Below are positions 37,201 through 47,600 of a stretch of 50,133 nt of DNA, one piece after another. The notes under the pieces were generated by a model, which was given only the letters and a program-made list of their open reading frames with translations, made no database searches and was not told the DNA's origin. This stretch comes from Reclinomonas americana ATCC 50394 (Eukaryota). Position 1 is the stretch's first letter. Each line of letters starts with the position of its first letter. Both the position numbers and the translations under genes were made by a program. The stretch spans positions 34,681-84,813 of the forward strand of contig PS015012.1 in the NCBI GenBank assembly GCA_048213135.1, in the 5' to 3' direction.

Positions 37201-40200
37201 GAGTCGCACCTGCATCGCCGACAACAAGCAGTGAGGTTCACCTTCGGGGTAGCGCAGCGGCAGCGCCACACGTGTCTCTCTCACCTCAAGCAGTGCCTTT
37301 TCCAAGACCAGTGCACCTGGTGGCGTGTGCTGGTCGACGCCTGCGACCATCTGTGTCTCCCAGCAGTCGCGCAGCGTCAAGCAGACTTGGATGCACGTTT
37401 CGGCCTCGGTCCACTCGCGACGACGCGCTGCATCCTCGGCGAGCGCCAGTGCAAACAGCAGCGAGAACGACAACGACTCGAGGCGTGAAGCGAGTTCCAG
37501 ACCCCGCTTGTAGAACAGTCGCGGTTCCGTCACGTAGGCTGCGAAGATGATGCTCTTAGTGGGGGAGATTGTGCACGCCAGTTTTGCGAGACGACGCACC
37601 ACACAGCTCATGAAGACAGCCACACTCGTACAGTGCAGCCAGCACATTGTGCGATGCTACAAGGTCGACTGAGTGAGAAACAACAAACAATGCCGATAGA
37701 CAAGTGTGAAGTTGTGTGGAACACACCCCCTGTCTGCTGACTGGCATGCATGAATCGCAAGGCAGAGAGCGCATGCTGCGTCGCTTCTGCAAAGCGGCCG
37801 AGGCAGCGCAGTGCTCGCGCAGCAGTCAGATGTGCGGCACCAAGTGTTCCGCTGTCGAAGAAAGAGAGAGTGAGAGAGTGCGAACGTCAGCAAAATAGTA
37901 CACACGGGGCCATTGAAACACATCACGCACACACCTTGACGCGATGCGGAGCTCGGTGGCACGAGACAGTGAACTCAAGCCGAGTTCCAGATGCTCCTCT
38001 GCCGCCTCCCGGTTGCCCAACTCCACGGATACTCCGGCGCTGGCCAGTGATGCCACCATCTGATGGTACACGCAAATATAAGCGACCACGATCATGTCTC
38101 CAATGAATCCTTCGCATACCTGAGCGAGCAGCGCTGCATGAACGGTTTTTTTTGCACTTGATCGAGCATTCGCATTGAGCTGGCGGGCAATGCTGCGTGT
38201 CTTGGCTGCACTTTGTTCTGCCACTGTCAAATCGCCAACTGCGCACATGGCTGCGTCAGAGAAGAAGCACCACGCGCGCGGGGAGAGCAAGCGTGTCGCA
38301 ACTAGAGACGGCGACAGCGCACATGCGGGCAAGATCGGCGCACTCCTCCAGCTGCTGACTTACTGACGTGGACCGTGCCGCTCTGGCAAGGCGGCGATGC
38401 GACACCACAAGACGCAGTGTTGCCAACTCGGCGGTGAGATCGCCATGCAGCGCAAAGAGGTCGGCGGCAGATTGCAGCACACGTCCACTCCGCTGCACAT
38501 CAATGGCGCACAAGGCCAGCGACACGCTGTCGTGTTCACGACGCGCTGGTGAAAGCAACTCGGTTAGCAGTGGGTGCAGCGTGCATTTGTGTCTCACATT
38601 AGCGCACCTGCAACATGTCCCAGCATGCATGCCCAGATCTCCACGGCCTTCTGCAGACACTGCACTGCCGTGCGGCGCGTGTGCTTGTCAGCAGGAGAAG
38701 TTGGTACGATCCACCATCGGCTCGAGCCGCCAGGGGTCCGGCTTGCGGCAGTCCGTCGCGCGCCCTTCTTGCCACTCGTGCTCTTGCCACCGCGACCTCG
38801 TGTCACCTCTACAGCGGCCGCCGCTGTCGCCATCAAACCAGATGCGGCACCTGTGGACTGCTGCTGCTGCTGACCGACTTCTTCACCACCGAGCGAAAGT
38901 GCCGCGAAATCAGGGATTAGGCTGCGACCGAGAAGTGCAAAGTCACTGCAAACACATTACAAGTGAGCGACTATGCAGTGACACGCACTCTCCTTCATGA
39001 TCCACGCACCTCTCATCGTCATCATCATCGTGACCAGTGGCATCGACCGTGAGCTCGTCACTCGGTTGTCGGTGACTCATCGTTTGCAGGGCACTCGTCA
39101 TGCCGCACACGAGCTTGTCGTGCCCCAACAATTCGTTCCCGAGCATGACGTACGCCGTTGCCAGTTGGTCGAGCAGCTGCGGCAAGATGAAAACACGTGG
39201 TAAGCTGGAGGGGTCAACCAAGAAGAAGCGATTGGTGACAAAGTCGCAACTCTGTACAGTCGGCACGCATCCTCGGTGAACTCGACATCAGCCAACCCGG
39301 CACTCGGTGCAGTTGTGTCGCACAACTCGTCCGGGCACACGACAGCCAGGCTTTCCGCTGCTGTTTGCGCCACCGTAATGGCCTGTCGTACAACACTGCA
39401 GCGGTCTTCGCTGCCGTCGTCCATCAGCAGCGCTTGCGTCAACTGTGTGTGCACAAACAACAATGAGAGTGCTGCGCCATCCAGGCCAATGTCCATACGA
39501 CGAACCATGAACACCACATGCTCGGTGGGATACTCGACACCGTCGCCAAACACCGGAACACTGCTAAGGAAGGCCATCGTCCGATTGCAGTCGTCACGCA
39601 GGGTGTCTCGCGTCGCCGGAGCTGACTCCATAACATTGAAGTAGGCCAGCACTTCTCGGAGACAGGCGAGACCACCTCCACGCGACACGTCCACATCGTC
39701 TATGCTCTCCGCCAGCCGCAGAATCTCAAAGAGACAGCCCGGATTGCTGTCCTCTGAATCCATTTCCTCGTCCTCCTCCTCCTCCTCCTCCACATCTTCG
39801 TCCTCAAGCGGCTGAGCAACGCCCAGGCTCTTGACTTTGAGCGAGACGAATGCCTCCACAGATGAACTGGAAATCTCGCCCGTGGTGTGCACGGCCTGCT
39901 GCATGGCGGCACAGAGGCACTCCAGTCCGCTCTGCGAATCGTTGGCCAGCTCAAAACACCGAGCGATGAGCTGCTGGCACTTTTGCGTTCGCGCCGCATT
40001 CTCTGTCTCGTCGCCGTACAGTTCGCCAGCTCTGAGCAACGACGTGAGAAGACCATGAGATAAACTGCAGAAAGAAAGCTCAACTCAACTGCTTGAGAAA
40101 CTCAATGGCCTCCGCCACCAGTCCATCGTTGAACAGACATGCTCCAAAGTTGTAAAAATGAATTCCGAGCATGGTGCGGCACGACTGCTGCTCCAGTAAT

Positions 40201-42696
40201 CGGTGCAAGTGCTCGTCGTTGATGACACACCACAGCCACGCACGCACTTGGTCGACGTGATTCCTGTTCGTGGTTCATAAAATGGTGAGTGATTTCCCCA
40301 CAAGGGAACGCTTGCTATAATCCACACGCACTTGAGGCGCTGCTGACCGGCAGCCGCCGCATCAGTGTCCACAGGCGCTGGACTGTCCTCTCCAGAGTGC
40401 TGCCCAGAGTCATCATCGTCGTCGTCGTCAAACATCTCTGTGTCCTCTTGCGATGCCAGCGCATAATTCAGCGCTCCTTCCCCTCCGCCACTCTGACTGC
40501 CAGCGTCCTCTCCGACACTCCCCTCCGCACACGTCACATCCACCAGAGCTCCAACGGCATCGAACAAAAATGCCGAAAGCTGCTCGAGCTGTTTTTGCCA
40601 GCATGTTAGCTTGTGCATGACTCGAGAAGCGCACGAGACGACCACGAGGTCACTGAACCTGCTCACGCATTGCCTTGTCGGCGGTGCCTGAGGAGGCCAA
40701 TGCCGCACGATAGGCCTGAACGGCACATTCCAACAGCATGCTTAACCGGCGGCGATGTGTGGCCGATTGCATGCGGATGCACTGCTGGGTGGCCTTTCGC
40801 ACCGAGCCGCCCATGTAACGCACGACACCGCGGAAAACCTTGCACAGCAGCTGCGGAACCTCATCCCGACTTGCACCGCTGTCGATTTCGCTGCACAGCT
40901 CACTGAAGGCGGTGATCAGCGGTTCGAGACGCTCAACTGCACACGCCATGGATGAGTGGAAATGAGAAGAAAGTTTGTGGCCAGCAAAGCAGCGGGTGAC
41001 AAGATTTTGCGCACTTGTGGCCTCACACTCATCCACGCTGTCGTCCAACGATGACGCGGTCAGCTCCTCCAACGTGACCGCCAGTGACCATATCAGTACG
41101 CGCGACTACACATCACACACATGTAAGCAAAACATGTCGTTGCTCCAGTGTTGCTCCCGCCCGCACCACGCAACATCAGTGCCGAGCCCCTCCACCCAAT
41201 TCTGCCAATGGGAACTGCTCGAGGCGCTTCTCCACACGGTACTGGCGTGCTCGAGGCAGCGAAGCATGGGCATGACAGTGGTGGGAACCGCAGACAACAG
41301 CGGCTGGCCGAGTTTGAAAAGCTGATCGTAAAACGCAGCACACACGCTCCACACTGCGCATTGGATCTTGTCAGTCACACGAAGCCAAGCACAGTGACAC
41401 ACCGACACACAGACACGCACCGGCGGATGTGGCCGGCGCCTTTTGTGTCAGAAAGAGGGCGTACTTGAGACCCTGTTCGAAAAACACAGGGTCGGTGCCC
41501 TCTGAGTTGCCCGCCAGCACATGGTCGACGTGAAACTGCAAGCCGAGCAAGCGAAGGCGAGCGGGTAAAGGGAGCACTGGAACTGCGTCGCCTTTCCGCC
41601 GCTTTCCACCACCGCTCTTGCTACTGCTTGCAGTCGACGACGCGGGCATGACAGGAAGATCTGCACACGCGTCGGAGGCTGAGGCACACTTGAAAGCAAT
41701 CCTAAACATGGCGTCCAACTCGCGCATGCTGTCGGGAGAGCCGGCGGTTCTTGAACGCAGTTGCAGCCACTCGGCGACCTGCATGAGAGCAGTCTCTGCA
41801 GCCGTAAGGTCGTCAGGAGTTGCTGCACCGGCTGCGGCCTTGGCCCACTGCAGAAGTGCAGTCACGACCAGAGCGCTGTACGAGTTGGTGTCCGTGACCG
41901 CTGCGTCGTCATCGAAAGAGAGTGAGTCAAGCAGGCTCACTCTTCCCTTACGCCTTCCCCCCTTACCATTCGCTCCTGCTCTCTGCAAGTCGCCACCACG
42001 CACACTAGCGAGTAGGGCGCATGCGTGTTGACTGCAGTCCACGCGCTCATCGCCGGCGTCAGTGCATCGCGCCGACAAGTTGATCCACAGCTTCGCCACA
42101 TCCAGCGCATCCAGCTTGGTGTGCTCTCGCCACTCCGTCAGCAACGCCAGCGAGCGGCGTGTGATGTACAAGAGTGCTGCCATTCTACTCTTGCCGGCTG
42201 CGAGAAACGCATGTCAGTGACTTTGTCAGCGCACGACGCGGAAACAACACGCCCCACCTGCCGAAGCCGCCACTGCCGTCTTTCCCCATTCAGCCACTCC
42301 GCGCAGGCACCCCTGTACAACCTTCAGCAACACCGACGCAACCTCGCTGACCAGCGTCCTACACAGCGTCATGTGAGTGGTCAACTTCTCACGTACACAC
42401 TGACGGTCGATGCTCAACTTGCGCGCCCGCGCATCGTCTTGAGAGGCGGCCGAGTGCTGCTCGGCGGCATCGAGAAGCGAGTCGAAGGGCCCACAGAGCG
42501 ATTCGACATCACCGGGCTCCTTGACGAGTCGGAGCACACTGTCGAGTGCGCGACCCCGATTCTCCGCATCACCGAGCGAAAGAGTTTTCCGCGACAGTGA
42601 TGACGACGAAGACGAGGAAGATGATGACGACAATGGTGCTGCTGCTGGTAGGGCGTCTACGTCACAGCTCTTGCCTTTGCCACGGCGTTGCGCCAT
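34259..42696 (-). CDS. ESP1: Separase (peptidase C50), about 20 introns
   Basis: A large helical N-terminal region is followed by KKAWWSAREVLDQRM, VDRRLQPLPLESMPFL, VTRIPSL, YILNPHGDL, LVYFGHGAGERY (catalytic His), LIGCSSGRL (catalytic Cys), VGNLWDVTDRDID and LNGAAAVCYGVP. Confidence 0.95.
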
Positions 42697-42783
42697 CGTT
42701 TCCCTCTTTTTCTCACACAATGTGACAATTGGCGCGAGTAACGGTCGACAGGACGGATCTCGAAGTGCAACACAAATTGTTTT

Positions 42784-44601
42784 TTATTGAGGAACATAAC
42801 CGAGGAACCTATTTAGTGAAGGTCGACGGTCTTGTCCGTCTCGGCCGTGCTGATTCACGGCCACACTTAATGCGGAGCTGGCCGACGAAGCCGACGAATC
42901 GGGTCGTGGCACATCGAGGTGGTGATCAACGCCACCGCCCCCTGCTGCGGCTGCTGCACCTGCAACGTCATGGATTGCGCTGCCATAGAGAGGCTGCAAA
43001 AGAAAGAGTTCAGGCACCTGGCACAGGGATTCGGGCCCCCCAAGAAAACAAAGACAGCGGTCACGAAACATTGACATTGTCATCGTTGGCATCGTCCCAT
43101 GCTACCACGCGCTCCGCTTGCGCCACATCTTCGACAGCCGCTCGGCCGCCACTGGATGCTGATGCACGATCATCCAGCTCAACTCCTTGCTGCTGATCCT
43201 GATCTTCGGGGTCGGCGACCGAGTGTGGGTGCGAGGCATCACTGAGTTCGTTATCGCTCTCGTCGAGTTCATCTTGCAGCACTTGCTGGAGTCGGTATCG
43301 TGCGCGCTGGTTCGCGTCCACCAGCGACCCAGAACGGGCGTGCGGCGCAGATGCGAGTCGCGCCAGAGCCGGCGACGATGGAGAAGACGGCAGGGGCACA
43401 ACAGCCGCCGACGCGGCCATTCCAGCGACGGCAGGCGATGCGGACGACAGCGGTGATGGGTCTTGGACCACCGACGGCAACGCGTACGAGGGTGACGACA
43501 GTGCATCGTGCAGCGCAGGCGACGACCCGCTAGACACAAGTGAGGCGGCAATGGCCGCGCGAACCTCGGCATTGTTGAAGTCGGCGTCGTCGTCCAACTC
43601 GAGGTCGGTGAACGCACGTGGATGCGCAGCCGCTGATTGTGCGCCGAGGAATGCACCACCGATGGGCGGTGCAACGTACACCGGCAGCCGCGGTACTGCC
43701 ATGTCGCCGACTGTGGCCTGAATCTCGGCCAACTCGGCAGGGCTCGCGTTGTCGCGATCGGCAAAACCGCGTCGCACACGACGCAGATAGCCCGGCACCT
43801 CGTCGCCAACCTGCGCAGGCGGTGGCAACGGTGCCGCTGGCTGACGAGCAGCGCCCAGATAGTATACGCCGGTGTTGTGCGCTCGCTCAGCGGCCGACTT
43901 TTGGCTGCGGCGTCGGTGTCGTCGCACGCACACGACAATCACCACAATCAGGACGATGAGAGCAACACCGCCACCGCCCGCGGCACCTGCAATGAGAGGA
44001 ATGCTGATTCCACTGCTGCGGCTGGTGGTCGTGGAGGTGGAGCTGTTGTTCGAGGAGGCTGCACGGCATGCGCGTGTATCAGAGACAGAAAGAAACATGA
44101 TGAAGCGAAATAGACAAGGATGCGCACAATCGTTGCTCGGCGGGCTCGAGCCAGCAGAGGGATCGGAGGGAGTCGGGCTGGTGGGTGTGGTCGGTGTGGT
44201 CGGTGAGGTGGGTGTTGACGGCGTCGACGGCGTGGAAGGTGTGGAGGGCGTGGATGGCGTGGAAGGTGTGGAGGGCGTCGATGGAGTTGACGGAGCCGGG
44301 ACGACGGCCAGGGTGGAAGCGGACTGCGACGGACCGAAAGGACCCGTACCACTCGAATTGACGGCTTGGCCGCGGAACTGTGAAAAGATCGACACGCTTC
44401 CTTGTTGGCGCCGCATGGGAGAGGTAGTAGTAGCAGACATGGGGAAGGCGTCTACTCACGTAGTACGTGGTTCCAGATGTGAGGTTTGGCACCGTTGCTG
44501 TGACCGACGCCGAAGCACGCGCAGTGATATCACCGCGGCTGCTCCGGGTGCCCGTGGTCTGTGTGGGAGTGACATTGACTAGTCCGAGGCTGTGCGTGCG
44601 C

Positions 44602-44636
<35 letters not shown>

Positions 44637-47600
44637 TATGATCAGAGGATTGGGTGGGATANNNNNNNNNNNNNNNNNNNNCAGCGTGTGGTTCGGCAGT
44701 CGGCAACAGTACCCCGAGTCAAATGTGGCCGAGGTGGAATACTGAATGTTCCAGCTCAAGATCGTAGCACCACCGTCCCACGGTACCGTGACGGTCACGG
44801 AGACTGACGTCGACGACGGCGACGAGACGGAGGGTGTGCTCGGGAACGGCGGTATTGTAGAACCTGTTATGAGGTGGTGAGAAGCGCAACATGNNNNNNN
44901 NNNNNNNNNNNNNTGTGTTTCCTGTCTCACGCCCCAAGCTACCAACCGTTGACTGCGTAAGTGATTGCGTCCGTGGGCTGACTGAACACGGCAGACTTTG
45001 CGCGCACTCGCAGGTACATGGTGCTGGAGGCCGCAATCCCGCTGATATTGACAGACACGGACGTCGTCGAGGAGGTCACTTTGGTGCTGCCGGAGAAGTC
45101 GGCGGCCACAGCATACTCCAACTCGTACGTCTCCGTTAATGACTGCGTGCAGCGAGGTGGTGAGCGAGTGCGTCACAGACGAAATACACGACTGACATGT
45201 GAGTGTACCAGCGATGCCGTGCGATACGAGGCTTGCCAGCCGGCCGTGAGAGTGGAGCCAGACAGGTTGCGTACGCACAGAGACAGTGGCCGATGCGGCG
45301 CAGATGAGCTTGTTGCAGCTGTGTTGATATTTTGGAGAAGGTCAGAGACGAGGAAATAGTAAGACTACAGGTGCAGCAACATGCACACACCGGTGGTGAC
45401 TGCCGTGGCCACCAGAGACGGTGGTGACTCGCCAAACGAATTGATCGCAATCAAACGGAAGTAGTACACGGTCGAGGGTTGCAGATCAAAGGCCGTCACT
45501 GTCATTGATCCCGACGAGCGTGTCACCGTCTGGTGTGGTGTCGGCAGCAGATGAGCGACAATGCGACGATTTGGAGAAGGAGGTGAGGACAAGCGCCAAA
45601 CACACCAGCGAGTTCGTGATCGGCGCGAGACCCGTGGCAGGCGGGAACAAAGCCGACGTGGACCATTCCAGTCGATATTTGGTAGGCATGGGCGACAGCG
45701 TATCGGCACTCGTCCACGTGACATCGGTGGTGGTCGCCGCCGGCTGACGCGCAAAAAAGAAAGAAAAATAACAAACACAAGGTGAGTAACTACACGTTAG
45801 GTTGGTGCACAGCAGTGGTGCGTGCGGCCTCACCGTGGGCGTCGTAGTCAGCACGGGTGCCGATGGGACCTGACCGGCCACTGGCACCGCCGGACCGACA
45901 AAGGCACTGCGCGAACTGAGGGTGCCGGCATTCGTGTACTCGACCTTGAAGTAGTACGTGGAGCCGGTGGTGAGTCCGGTTACATCAAACGCCATGACAC
46001 CACTCGCCGTCCAGCCAGAGTTGTTGGCGACTTGCGACGTGATCAAACTGTTGTCGTTGGCACTCGAGTAAATGTACACGCGACGTGAGGAGAGCGCAGT
46101 GTACAGTCCGCCGGAGAACGACGGCACGGAGGCGACCAGCGTGACTGAGGTGGCGGCGATACTGGCCACTTGCGGGAGCGTAATCGCCGCCGGTGCGACG
46201 GCAATGTTGGCACCGGACACGACCAAACCGAACGACTGCGGTGCCTGCAGCACCTTGGTGGCCACCACACGCACCGTGTAGACGCCCACAGCAGGCGACG
46301 TGAGAATCACTTTCTCGGCCGTGTTCTGATTATCTGTTGAGCTCTGCGGGATTGAGAAAGAGAGGGNNNNNNNNNNNNNNNNNNNNGAGGGAGAGGGAGA
46401 GGGAGAGGGAGAGGGACAGGAGAGAGGGAGAGGGAGAGGGAGAGGGAGAGGGAGAGGGAGAGGGAGAGAGGGAGAGAGGGAGAGAGGAGAGAGGGAGAGA
46501 GGGAGAGAGGGAGATTAGCAACCGTCGTCGTGTGGTGAAGGGTGAGTGGAGTGCACGAAACAGCATAACCAAAGAGCTGGTTGCCCGTCTGCAGCAACGC
46601 GGCCGAACTGACAGTGGTGCCACTGTACACGGCCAGATCGAGGTCGGCCTGCAGTGCGGCTCCCGGAAAGTCGGTCCAGCACAGCGCAATGCTGACACTC
46701 GCACTGGTGCCGGTGACTGCAAACTGCGCCGTAAACGTTTGTCCTTGCGACAGCAGCGTCTCCTCGTTGGAGAGCACCAGTGTTCTGCACAATGGTCAGT
46801 CAGTCGACCGGTAACAAGCCTATCACGTGGGGAGCGACGCACGAAGACACGGTGCTTGGATCGACATTGGAGCCCGTGGCAGCGACGGCCGACATGACAT
46901 TGTCGAGAAGGACGCGACCAAAGCCTTGCACCGACGAGTTGACCTTGTCGGTGAGCGTCGAAATTGAAATCGGCGAGTCTGTGCGACCGCAGGTGAGCGC
47001 ACAGTTTACAAAGAAAGAGGTGTGCTGCTGTCGGAACGCACTCTGATTGCAGCACGTGCCGGAGATGCGCACAGCCGAGTTGATGAGCATGGCCTTGATG
47101 AGTGCGGCAGAGGGTGTGGCAATGGCCAACGACGACGCGCCGGTGCTGTCGGCCGAGAACGGGTACTTGGTACGCAGCCACTGCCGCACAAGTGCTGATG
47201 CGGACACAAACGGGTGAGAATTTGCACACACACACAGGGAACAAAAGGACGACAACAGTAGGCAACGCACAAGCGGCACCAGCAACACCCGGTGTGGCCA
47301 TACTCGTGCCTGCGGAGAGAGGGAAAGGATGAGAAAAAGTGAGGTGCTCGAATGTCTCACATCGGCAGTACGTACCCTGCAGCCCGGTCGTGTGATTCGC
47401 CACATTCGTCACTGCGATGTGAGGTGCACGCAGTGAGCAAGAGAGTAGATAGACAACGCCCTTACAAACATCAGCACTGCGTACCATCGGCACGAACACC
47501 AGTGCCACATATGTCGGAACCCGGAGAAGTGGACTGTGAGAGAGCGGAAAACAAAACGCCCCTGCGCGGCAGACGTGTGTCAGTCACAGCTGACAATGCA

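Noticed and set aside
24856-42696. Functional cluster of chromosome genes (HAT1, kinesin-7, separase)
   Set aside because: They are interspersed with unrelated genes and there is no evidence beyond chance proximity.
46387-46512. (GAGAGG)n as a telomeric or CRISPR-like repeat
   Set aside because: It is a simple intronic purine repeat like the other GA tracts, with no spacers.
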